A stretch of 64,000 nt of DNA, taken from IMG/VR virus record IMGVR_UViG_3300031993_000055, positions 8,637-72,636 of that record; one strand, 5' to 3'. Numbering within the stretch: the first letter of the stretch is position 1; each line of letters opens with the position of its first letter. The notes below the pieces were generated by a model that saw nothing but the letters and a program-made list of their open reading frames with translations, was not told where the DNA came from and ran no database searches. Origin of the DNA: a virus. Its lineage: Duplodnaviria; Caudoviricetes. The position numbers and the translations under genes are program-made. Below are positions 28,691 to 38,252 of this stretch, in pieces.

Positions 28691-29920
28691 ATGGCCAATA
28701 AAAAGAAGAAGAAAGATGTTACGCTGACGCTTCAGGACCTGATTACGCAGCCTCGCCAGCTGGCCCATCTCCCGATGATGAACAAGGTGACGGGCTATCG
28801 TGTGCTTATCGCCGTACTCCAGCGTCTGCAGGGACTGTGGGATATCGCCAAGATGCCACATGTCGACAAGGACGGTCAGCTGTATCTTAACTTCATTACC
28901 GACGAGTTCGAGGTCAAGCGCCAGAAGGACAGCACTTATAACGAGGGTGATGTGGTGTTTAAGCTGCACCTGAGCGATATCGCCGACGACTCGCATTATG
29001 ACGAGGCACGTGCCGCGCTGCTGTCGCTCACACACGTACAGTGCTTCATCCCGGTAAAGAACGAGGAGAACAACTACCGTACGGAGAACCTGATGCAGAT
29101 TAAGGGTCGGCGAGAGAACGGCAAGTTCGTCGGTACTGACTTCGAGGTGATCATACCGCGACTCATAGCCGAGAACACGCTCGACATCAATCTGTTCTCC
29201 AACTACACGCGCTTTGTGGGCTATACTGCTGGCCGCCTGCGCTCCAGCTTCTCGTACCCGCTCTATATCTACCTCTCGGAGGAGTGGCGGTACCATGGCG
29301 AGAAGTTCACCATTTCCATGCGCGACCTGCGTACACGTCTCGGATTCGTACGCGACATCGACGAGCCGGAGCGCGAGAACCGCTACAGCTCGTGGAGCCA
29401 GTTCTGCGACAAGGTCTTGAACCAGGCACAGAAGGAACTCGATAAGCTGGCCGAGAGTGGGGGAGCCGACTTCACCTTCACCTATCAGGGCTTGCTGCGC
29501 GGCACGCCGCTGCCGTCTTACAAGCGTCCCGATGCGGTGGCCTTCACCATCCTGCCGACAGAGGCCGGCCGTAATATCCAGAAGCAGAACGACTATGCGC
29601 CCAACAAGGAGATCTGCCAGAAGATGATGATAGACTTCTTCCACCTGCACATCAACCAGGCCCGCGCGCTGATGCGCCGTGTCACGCCTGTCATCATGCC
29701 CGGCTTCATCTGCCAGCTGCAGACATGGCACGACGAGTTCCTGGCCGGACAGCACTCGGATGTGAAGAACCTGGCTGCCTGGGTGTATAAGTCCATCGAC
29801 GAGTATATACGTACGGAGGAAGCGAAGTGCTTCACGCCGGCAGAAGAGATTAAGGACGAAGAGGTTCCTTCAGGGAACCCGGAGAATACTGACAATTATA
29901 AAGAGCAAGAGATATGGTAA
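28691..29920 (+). CDS. Plasmid-type replication initiator (Rep_3/RepA-like)
   Basis: LITQPRQL...YRVLIAVL, LRSSFSYPLYIYL, FTISMRDLRTRLG, YSSWSQFCDKVLNQAQKEL tandem winged-helix pattern; directly downstream of the iterons. Confidence 0.85.
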   Translation: MANKKKKKDVTLTLQDLITQPRQLAHLPMMNKVTGYRVLIAVLQRLQGLWDIAKMPHVDKDGQLYLNFITDEFEVKRQKDSTYNEGDVVFKLHLSDIADDSHYDEARAALLSLTHVQCFIPVKNEENNYRTENLMQIKGRRENGKFVGTDFEVIIPRLIAENTLDINLFSNYTRFVGYTAGRLRSSFSYPLYIYLSEEWRYHGEKFTISMRDLRTRLGFVRDIDEPERENRYSSWSQFCDKVLNQAQKELDKLAESGGADFTFTYQGLLRGTPLPSYKRPDAVAFTILPTEAGRNIQKQNDYAPNKEICQKMMIDFFHLHINQARALMRRVTPVIMPGFICQLQTWHDEFLAGQHSDVKNLAAWVYKSIDEYIRTEEAKCFTPAEEIKDEEVPSGNPENTDNYKEQEIW

Positions 29921-30489
29921 TCAATTATCCCGTACATTTCGGCATAGACAAGAGCGACCCACGTGCAGAGCTGTGGGGGGCAATACTGAAACATGTTCCT
30001 GAGGCTAAGTGGATAAATGCCTATGAGGAGGTGGCCAGATGGCTTGGCGATAACAAGAGTCGCGGTCTGATATGCGTAGGCTCATGCGGCCTTGGCAAGT
30101 CCGTTATCTGCTGCCAGGCGCTGCCATATCTCTTCGAGCGTCATTTTGAGATCGAGGCACCGCTGGTGGTTACCGCTCCTGATATGACCAGGCGTATCGA
30201 CGAGCTGCTGGCGTTCTGCGGCCATAACCGTATTATCATCATTGACGACCTTGGCACCGAGGCTGTAGAGACGGTGACTTTCGGCAACAGGCGAAAGCCG
30301 TTCTGCGAGCTTGTGGATAAGGCGGAGCGTACAGGCACGCTGCTGATTATAACAACCAACCTGCGCACTACCAAACACGCGCAGATAAACTATCCGAGTA
30401 TCGAGGAACGTTACGGAGAACCTACACTCGACCGCCTGAAGGCCATCACACACGTTGTGCTGTTCGAGGGCAAGAGTATGCGAGGGTAG
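29914..30489 (+). CDS. DnaC/IstB-like AAA+ ATPase (helicase loader)
   Basis: GSCGLGKS, IIIIDDLGTE, IITTNL, ERYGEPTLDRL. Confidence 0.85.
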   Translation: MVINYPVHFGIDKSDPRAELWGAILKHVPEAKWINAYEEVARWLGDNKSRGLICVGSCGLGKSVICCQALPYLFERHFEIEAPLVVTAPDMTRRIDELLAFCGHNRIIIIDDLGTEAVETVTFGNRRKPFCELVDKAERTGTLLIITTNLRTTKHAQINYPSIEERYGEPTLDRLKAITHVVLFEGKSMRG

Positions 30490-31090
30490 GGGAGGCGGTG
30501 CGTTTCTGTCTACGCTGCCATTCGCGTCGCATGGCTTCTACATAGACGTCGCAGGTCTTGGTGGCTGTACAGAAGGCCTCTATCATCTCTTTGGCGGTGT
30601 ATCTCTTACCGTGCTGTTTCTCGGCGAACTCCTTATCGAACCTGGTCACTGCCTGCCAGAACTCGTGGCGCAGTATCCTGAGCAGCTGGTTGGCCTGGTC
30701 GCGGCTGAAGCTGATATCAAGCGTCCACGGACGTAAGACACCGTTGGCATTCATATACATGGCCGGGCATTCTATGGGGACATACAGCTGCATCTGTTCG
30801 CGGTCGATACCGAACACGTTCTTGATTTCATCGGGATCTAACCTTAACCCCGCTTCTATACAGTTGTGTCTGGTCGCGCTCATGGCGTAACTCACGTCGG
30901 AGGGCTGGCCAGGCACATCCTCTGTAGCTTCAATCTTCATGGCTTCCTTTATGCCTGCGAGGTGCATCACGCATACCACATGCTGCTCCTTGACCATGGC
31001 AGCCCCAGCCAGCTCGCTCTGCAGCCAGCCGTGTATATAGTCTGTTACTTTCAGCCATGCAATCACAGGTGTCTTGTATTTCCTTTCCAT
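30446..31090 (-). CDS. Hypothetical protein (214 aa)
   Basis: ORF with a minus-strand TACCTTTG promoter near 31113-31122. Confidence 0.7.
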   Translation of the reverse strand: MERKYKTPVIAWLKVTDYIHGWLQSELAGAAMVKEQHVVCVMHLAGIKEAMKIEATEDVPGQPSDVSYAMSATRHNCIEAGLRLDPDEIKNVFGIDREQMQLYVPIECPAMYMNANGVLRPWTLDISFSRDQANQLLRILRHEFWQAVTRFDKEFAEKQHGKRYTAKEMIEAFCTATKTCDVYVEAMRREWQRRQKRTASPTLAYSCPRTAQRV

Positions 31091-31972
31091 TCGCTTATAT
31101 TTTTAGGTTCGGGTGCAAAGGTACGAAGAATTTTTGAAATAGGAATTTTCTGTTTACTATTATCTAATTTATCTATGTTTTTATCTCAAATCAAGAGATA
31201 ACGCTTCGTTTTCAGATAATTGTAAATAACTACTGATTATCAAGTAGTTACGCATTGAGAAGGGTGGTGTTTCGTGGTAATAATTATCTGAAAGCCAGAT
31301 AATTCGTAACCGATTGACACACAGAACGTTAAGCAAGGTAAAACAGGTAATTATCTGAAAAAGCCGTTTTTCGGCAAAAGTTTTTCAAAACTGCAGAAAT
31401 GTGAAATCTTATTTATGCGTCAAATCTCATCATACGTGCGCGGAACTCCTCGCACTCCACTACTTATGAAATAATAATCACAAATAAAGATAAATACTTG
31501 ATTATCAATACTTTATATAATATATAGAGATAATTTTTATATTTTTCAAACCACTTTTGAATCTCAAAAAATTATAAATAACCCCGATTTTTATCTGTAA
31601 ATAACTGATAATCAGTAAGTTATATATTATTTGCCGCATTTACAACAGCCAGATAACCTGATAAAAATCACCGCGAAAAGATGCGCGAAGAGAAGATAAC
31701 TCGCTGATTATTTGTAAGTTACAAATCTTTTGCTTATCTTTGCCCCGAATAATCACTGAATGTAATTTCTGAAAAAAGCGGCTTGCCGGGCGCGGCACAT
31801 GCTAAATTCATTATTAGTCTATTTTTTATTTCCGCCGTGAGGCGCGAAGTTTTTATTCCGATGCTTTAACGCAGTGATGCGCGATAGTGTCAGTTTTTTC
31901 ATAATGAAATTTTCCGGCCCCAAGTTGTAACTTTTTACTTATGGGCCGGTTTTTTTTGTGCGCCAGATTTTT

Positions 31973-32009
31973 AGCCCTTGTCAAAACGCCCTTTGGATTG
32001 TATCTTGCA
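31973..32009 (+). promoter_or_regulatory. Putative late promoter 9 (plus strand)
   Basis: AGCCCTTGT-N19-TATCTTGCA upstream of the spanin gene. Confidence 0.6.
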
Positions 32010-32031
32010 GATGGTTTCAAACAAAAAGCTT

Positions 32032-32640
32032 ATGCACAAACAAGATTTAAAAGAGTACGGACGTTCTACGTTCTATGCCGTCGTCATTATTCTGGTGGCG
32101 GTATGTATTATTATGCTGATAAGCAGCTGTGGTACAACCAAAGAATCATCCTTCCTCGAGCAGCATAAGATAAATACGCTGATGGAGCGTATGGACTCAG
32201 TCATCAAGACCAAAACTGTTGTTCAGCAGGACAGTGCCTGGCGAGAGACGATCCTGAGGCAGTTCCAGTCAATTCGCGAGAAGAGTGACACAAGTCACCA
32301 TGTAGTCGTCGACTCTGCAGGTAAGATTATTAAGGAGACAACAGTTATTAATAATGTCCGCGAGATCACCAGCGAGACTGACCGTCAGGAAATCCAGATA
32401 CTTAGCCATCGCATTGAGATGATGGATTCCACGATGAGTATGATGCGGCAGCAGCTCGAAAGGTCGGACTCCCTGCTGCAGGCAAAGGAGACGGTCATCG
32501 AGAAGAAAGTCCCTGCAGACTTATCCTGGTGGCAACAGGCACGTATATGGCTCGGTAATCTGATACTGGTGGCCCTGCTTGTGGCAGCTGCTATCTGGGT
32601 AGTGAAGAAGAAGGCCTGGTGGTTAAGACTCTTACGCTGA
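32032..32640 (+). CDS. Lipoprotein with C-terminal TM helix, candidate unimolecular spanin
   Basis: Signal peptide with lipobox (MLISSC), coiled-coil middle, LSWWQQ followed by a hydrophobic helix and KKK. Confidence 0.7.
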   Translation: MHKQDLKEYGRSTFYAVVIILVAVCIIMLISSCGTTKESSFLEQHKINTLMERMDSVIKTKTVVQQDSAWRETILRQFQSIREKSDTSHHVVVDSAGKIIKETTVINNVREITSETDRQEIQILSHRIEMMDSTMSMMRQQLERSDSLLQAKETVIEKKVPADLSWWQQARIWLGNLILVALLVAAAIWVVKKKAWWLRLLR

Positions 32641-32903
32641 TGAAGACGCTTGCATTATCTGAGCTCAGGCTTGTGGCCGAGTGCTTCAACGGGAAGCATG
32701 AGCGCGTCCCATGGCGTGTTTGGTATGTAGCTGCCTCGAATGGTGACTACATCTGTGGCGAGGAATGTATAACACTGGCTGTCGATGTCGACGGTCCTGG
32801 ATCGTATCCTTCACGACTGGTGGAGTTTACTGCATCTGGACAGAGACGTCGCTTGCGCGACTGTTGTATCCTCCGTGCGAACGATTTTATACTTATAGTG
32901 TAA
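32640..32903 (+). CDS. Hypothetical protein (87 aa)
   Basis: ATGA overlap with the spanin stop. Confidence 0.6.
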   Translation: MKTLALSELRLVAECFNGKHERVPWRVWYVAASNGDYICGEECITLAVDVDGPGSYPSRLVEFTASGQRRRLRDCCILRANDFILIV

Positions 32904-32949
32904 TTTGTAACACACTTTTAAGAACCTTTAATATTTTATTTATATTTCC

Positions 32950-33411
32950 ATGCAACCAAAGAAGTTTTTACAGAAATTTGCTGCTGCAGTTACCAAGCGA
33001 TGCGGCATTTGCCAGGCTACAGTAGAACAGGTTCTGCCTGCGGTGTTTGATGAGATCAGATGTCAGTTGGCCGAGAATAAATTCCCTTGTGTACCCATTG
33101 AGGGGTTTGGTACGTTTGCGGTGATTGATGTGCCCGAGCGCCAGCACCTCTACACGTATAAGGGTAAGAACGAGATGAAGACGCTGCCTGCCACCAAGCG
33201 ACTCAAATTCCGTGCGGCCAAGAACCTGCGCCGCGAGGTGATTGACGAGCGACGCTTCAACCCGACCAGAAAGAGCTTCAGCCGACATCCTCAGGATCCG
33301 CCTGTGCCCATGCGAAACAAGATGCTTTACCAGCCCAACAAGCATGGCATGAATAAGGGTGCAACCACCTACGCCCAGCCCGATGACGACGATGACGACG
33401 GGCTGGCTTAA
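32950..33411 (+). CDS. HU/IHF family DNA-binding protein
   Basis: VPIEGFGTFAV...ER....KTLPATKRLKFRAAKNLRREV. Confidence 0.85.
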   Translation: MQPKKFLQKFAAAVTKRCGICQATVEQVLPAVFDEIRCQLAENKFPCVPIEGFGTFAVIDVPERQHLYTYKGKNEMKTLPATKRLKFRAAKNLRREVIDERRFNPTRKSFSRHPQDPPVPMRNKMLYQPNKHGMNKGATTYAQPDDDDDDGLA

Positions 33412-33633
33412 CTGCCAGCAGGTTCGTTGCTTTATGCAACAGAAAGCCCGGGGGCAGGACCCGACTGCGATAGCCGAGCCCTGCTTTTATATTATATAAT
33501 ATGTATAGGGGCTGTTTTTATATACTCTTAGTTAAACAATATTAATTAATAAAGATATTACCTAAAATATTTGGAATTATAAAGATAATACCTTACCTTT
33601 GCAGCGAGTTAATAATTAAAGTTACAACAGGTA

Positions 33634-34146
33634 ATGGCAATGGAAAAAGTAAAGGTTACGAGCGACACGCTCTATAAGTTCTTAATGGATCACGATGTAA
33701 AGCTGGTTTGTCTGGCCAAGTACGCGCAGCTTTCAGAAGCATCGGTAAACGTATGTTTTAAACATTATCCTGGCACCAACGGCCAGCCGAGAGTTTTTAC
33801 ACAATCGGCACTCGATAAGATAAATATAGCACTTGTAAAAATAGCTAACGAATTACGAAATAGCATCCTGGTGTTTAATAATGAGATGGCTGTTACAAAT
33901 TCAAGAGGTAGCAGTTATGATGCTACTCTTATTGGACCTATCAAGCATATAGGTGAGTTTATTAATATTACAGCACTTACCCAGAGGTTGTTGGGGTGGA
34001 GTAAAAAGAAGAAAGATAGTATTCTGGTATCTCCAACATCTAAGGTTTATGGAAATATAAGCGAGGCCGACGCTGCAGTGATTAATACAGAGATAATTAC
34101 CATATCCGGTGTGTTTGAGTCTTATGAGGTAGTGTTAAACAGTTAA
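33634..34146 (+). CDS. Hypothetical AT-rich protein with its own promoter (moron-like, possible HTH)
   Basis: TACCTTTG at ~33594; composition differs from neighbours. Confidence 0.6.
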   Translation: MAMEKVKVTSDTLYKFLMDHDVKLVCLAKYAQLSEASVNVCFKHYPGTNGQPRVFTQSALDKINIALVKIANELRNSILVFNNEMAVTNSRGSSYDATLIGPIKHIGEFINITALTQRLLGWSKKKKDSILVSPTSKVYGNISEADAAVINTEIITISGVFESYEVVLNS

Positions 34147-34399
34147 CACATTAATGTTAAACTGTTAACAATTAAAATGTTAATTTAATAAGGTATTATA
34201 TGTTAAATACATATACATAATTAACAATATATTAAATTATAGTTGAATATATTCAATTAAGCAGGTAAATGTTTTCACGTAAAACATTTACTTGTTTTTT
34301 ATTCCTGTTTAAATATATTAAATTACTTCCAAGAGGTTTCTTATCCTGGATCGGAAACCTTTAACGCGTTGTGCACCCCGCGCCTCGCTGGGGGCGGCG

Positions 34400-35095
34400 G
34401 CCTGTTTTCAGCACCGCCGCCGCCGTGCATATATGCCACAGCCACCACAGGAACACCGCCGCAGATATAATAAGGAACGCAGCCACCACAGGAACACCGC
34501 CGCAGATGTAAAGAAAAGCGAAAGCGAAAGAACACCGCCAAAGATGCCACAGGAACACCACCACCGCCAAAGATGCCGCCGCCGTTCCTGTTTTTGTGAT
34601 TTGAAAAACATTAACACCACCACCACCAAAAAGCCGCCGTTTTGCTGCAAAGGTGAAAAATGTGTTCGCACACAAATCGGTTTTAAGCGTGGGCAAAAAT
34701 GCAATATAAAGCAATACCACCGGAACACAGAAAACCAAACAGGAAGGAAAAGAATATAATAACCCTTGGTTATATATTATTTTTCTTCCTGTTTGAAACT
34801 TCCGATTTTTTTACATTTTGTCTTGATTAAAATTTTGGTTTAGGCATTAATATATATAAATATATATATTAAAAGTTCGTTGTTTAGACAAAATCTAAAT
34901 AATTTATTGCTTCGTTTTTGGTGGTGCTGCAAACAGGCCACCGCCGAAGCCGATGCCGATGCCACCACCGCCGCCAAAGATGCCGCCGCCGTTCTGCGTT
35001 TCGATGTAAAGAAAAGCGAAAGCGAAAGCGAAAGAACACCACCGCCGATATAATAAGGAAAGCACCACCGCCAAAGATGCCGCCGCCGTTTTCGT
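34400..35095. repeat. Mosaic low-complexity repeat region
   Basis: CCGCCAAAGATGCCGCCGCCGTT at 34564, 34971 and 35068; GATGTAAAGAAAAGCGAAAGCGAAAG at 34505 and 35003. Confidence 0.8.
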
Positions 35096-35385
35096 GCCTA
35101 AATAGGTATATAATAAGCAAATAAAAGTTATAAAAACGTCTAAATAGCTGAAAAACAGATAGTTATAAAAAATTGATGTAAAGAAAACTTAACTAAAATT
35201 GATATAAATCAAGAAAATAAATAAAAAATAAAGAAAATACCTAATAAGGGAATAACGAATAAAGAAAATACCTAAATTTGCACCCGAAAACGTACCGAAA
35301 CGGAACGCCGCCACCGCCGAAGCGAAACGCCGAAGCACAGGCCGATATAATAAACTCAATTTTCAAAACTCTAAAAATTTCAATT

Positions 35386-36951
35386 ATGAAAAAGAACGTA
35401 ACAAACGCCGCCGCCGCCGCACAGGCTGCCGCCGCACAGGGAACAAAAAACGCAGCAAACGCCGCCGAAGTAAAGAACGCCGCCACCGCTGCCGAAGTAA
35501 AGAACGCCGTAGAAAAGGCCGCCGCCGTTTTGGCCGCCGATGCTGCCGAAGCCGATGCAAAGGCAAAGGCACAGGCCGCCGCCGATGCCGCCGCCACCGC
35601 CGAAGCAAAGGCCGCCGAAATTGTGGCCAAAATAAGAAACGGCCAAGTCTCAACCAAACAGGCACAGGCCGCCGCAGCATCTTCGGAAAAGGCCGCAGAA
35701 CGTGCCGCCGCACGTTTGGCAAAGGCCGCAGAACGACACGAAAAGGCAAAGGCCGATTATTCTGCCGCCGATGCCGCACGTGTTTCGGCCACCACCACAA
35801 AGGCCGCCACCGATGCAATAAAGGCAAAGGGAAAGGCAAAGGCCGCAAAGGCCACCACCGCCGCCGATGTAAAGGCCGCAAAGGCCACCGCCACCGCCGC
35901 CGCAAAGGTAGCAAAAATGATACGACGTGCCGCCGATGCAAAGGCCGCCGCCGATGCAAAGTTACAAGCCGAAGCACAGGCCGCCGCCGAAAAGGCTGCC
36001 GCCGTTTTACGTGCCGATGTAACAAAGGCACAGGCCGCCGCCGATGCCGATGCCACCGCCGCCACCGCTGCCGCCGAAGATGCTGCCGAAGCAAAAAAGG
36101 CCGCAAAGGCTGCCGCCGAAAAGGCATACCGAAGCCGTGTTATTTTGGCCGAAGCACGAAATGCAAAGGCACAGGCCACCGCCGAAGATGCTGCCGTTTT
36201 GGCCGTAGATGCCGCCGAAAAGAACGCCGCCGCCGTTTTGGCTGCCGCCGCCGATGCCTTTGCAAAATTGAGAAAAGAAAAGGCATACAAAGATGCTTTT
36301 AAGGCCGCACACGCCGAAGCCTTTTCGCTTTCCCGTGCCTGTAAAGATGTTGTAAAAATGTGGAAAATTTACGTGCCGCTTTTTAATGCCGCCGCCGTTC
36401 CTGTAAAGGCCGAAGATATTTCGCCGAAGATGTTCGCACCCGAAGCCGTTTCGCCGTTCTTACTTTGCGCCACCACCACAGGCATTAAAATAGGTATGTT
36501 TGGCCGTAGCCATATAAACGCCGTAACATCTTGGAACGCCGAAAAGGCCGCCGTTCTTTTGATAACTAACACAATTTTGCGCCGCCTTTGCGCCGCCGAT
36601 GCTGCCGCCGCCGCCGCCGAAGCACGTCAATACGATTTAATTCTTTCCGCCGCAACCGCTTTACAGGCTGCCGCCGCCGTAGATGCCGCACAGGCCGAAG
36701 CAAAGGCCGCCGCCGCCGATTTACAGGCAAAGGCCACCGATGCCACCGCCACCGATGCCGAAATAATTGCCGCCGATGCAAAGGCAAAGGCCACCGCCGC
36801 CACCGCAAAACAGGAACGCCGCCGCCGTAGTGCTGCAAAGGCCACCGCCGCCGCCGCAAAGGCCGCCGCCGAAGATGCTGCCGCCGCCACCGCAAAGGCC
36901 GCACAGGCCGCAGCAAAGGCCACCAAAACGGCACAGACTGCCGCAGCATAA
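35386..36951 (+). CDS. Ala/Lys-rich low-complexity protein (521 aa)
   Basis: TAAATTTG promoter at 35273, CAATTATG start, uninterrupted frame with one non-repetitive core (FSLSRACKDVVKMWKIYVPLF...). Confidence 0.65.
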   Translation: MKKNVTNAAAAAQAAAAQGTKNAANAAEVKNAATAAEVKNAVEKAAAVLAADAAEADAKAKAQAAADAAATAEAKAAEIVAKIRNGQVSTKQAQAAAASSEKAAERAAARLAKAAERHEKAKADYSAADAARVSATTTKAATDAIKAKGKAKAAKATTAADVKAAKATATAAAKVAKMIRRAADAKAAADAKLQAEAQAAAEKAAAVLRADVTKAQAAADADATAATAAAEDAAEAKKAAKAAAEKAYRSRVILAEARNAKAQATAEDAAVLAVDAAEKNAAAVLAAAADAFAKLRKEKAYKDAFKAAHAEAFSLSRACKDVVKMWKIYVPLFNAAAVPVKAEDISPKMFAPEAVSPFLLCATTTGIKIGMFGRSHINAVTSWNAEKAAVLLITNTILRRLCAADAAAAAAEARQYDLILSAATALQAAAAVDAAQAEAKAAAADLQAKATDATATDAEIIAADAKAKATAATAKQERRRRSAAKATAAAAKAAAEDAAAATAKAAQAAAKATKTAQTAAA

Positions 36952-36954
36952 ACG

Positions 36955-37365
36955 CCACCACAGGAACGCCGCCGCCGTGCGGCGTTCCGTTCTTTTCCCT
37001 GTAATATCGTAACTTTGGCCGTAGCGAAAACGGCACAGGGAACAAAGGCCGCCGCCGTTCCGAAACGGAACGCCACAGGCCACAGGCCACCGCCGAAGCG
37101 AAACGCCGAAGCACAGGCCGCCACCACATAAACAGGAACGCAGCAAAGGCACAGGCCACCGCCGAAGCCGATGCCGCCGCCACAGGCCACAGGCGAAACG
37201 CAGCAAACGCCGCCACAGGCCACAGGCCGCAGCGAAACGCAAAAAAAACGTTTTGCCGCCGTTTCCCTTTTGTGCCTGTTTTCCACAGGCCACCGCCGCC
37301 ACCGATGCCACAAAGGCACAGGCCGCAGCAAAGGCAACAGGAACGCAGCACGGCACACGAACGCC
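36955..37365. repeat. Mosaic low-complexity repeat region
   Basis: Reiterated ACAGGCC / CCACCGCCG; 35-bp direct repeat 37086-37120 identical to 35310-35344. Confidence 0.75.
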
Positions 37366-37942
37366 ACACGGCGTGACGTGTACGCCCAGACTGCGCAGGT
37401 ACGCAAACACAGGAAGTGGAATTTTGCTAAAACGCGAAGCAGACGTGGACGAAATTTGAAGATCCGTTCTGCAAACCTATCGGCGAAAATTCCGAAGCTC
37501 GAAAAGAGTTACTTCCACAGGCTATCACATTTGCGAAATGCTTTGTGAGATGCCACTACTATGCAACTTATTGACACGGTTGCAGGCGGGTGCATTATGT
37601 GGTTGCACACGCTGGGCGCAAAAGAGTGTTGAAACATCACGCCGCCCTGTTATTGCTATTGCAATCTTATAGGCAAACGGAGTCGGGCGGCTAAAACTAT
37701 ATGCCGCTTGGGTAAATACGACAGACGGACAGACTATCTGGGCCTGTATGACAGGACGAAATGTATCTTAAGTGATACTACCAGAGAGGAGGTGGACAAG
37801 ATATATCCGTATGCGTCTATATGCAACGCGGGTTCGCCTGGCTTGGTGTGCGTGAATGTACATCGGGTAAAAGAAATATGCACGTAGGCTGCAAACGTAG
37901 CGATACGGCATACGGAACTATAACCCCTAAATTTAAATCAAA

Positions 37943-38227
37943 ATGGCTACATTAAGAGATTTGTGTGCTAATGTCCCCTCAGCTATTGACCGTAAAGCGG
38001 TGGAGTATGAACTGATGCGCCGCAAAGCTATCAGCTATCAGAAGCGTATGGCATCGCTAAGCGCAGAGGATCGTGTGTTTGATGCGTGCAAGCAGTCGCG
38101 CCCAAGTAAGCGCAAAGTGCAGAACCGCTATAGCCGCGAAGAAGCTGGTACTATTGGTGCTATCACTATGGGCATCCGTACAGGGGCATATAGTGTATGC
38201 GTCTGCAAGACTCAGAACAAATGGTAA
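37943..38227 (+). CDS. Hypothetical early protein
   Basis: A-rich leader plus ATG, ORF track. Confidence 0.55.
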   Translation: MATLRDLCANVPSAIDRKAVEYELMRRKAISYQKRMASLSAEDRVFDACKQSRPSKRKVQNRYSREEAGTIGAITMGIRTGAYSVCVCKTQNKW

Positions 38228-38252
38228 AACTTAAAATATAGGAGATACAACT

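Noticed and set aside
34265-34291. Protelomerase (telRL) site
   Set aside because: The palindrome has only 11-bp arms, and no protelomerase gene is seen in the window.
35241-37548. Many overlapping Arg-, Cys- or Ala-rich ORFs on both strands
   Set aside because: By-products of GCC-rich low complexity; only the 35386-36951 frame has a promoter and a proper start.
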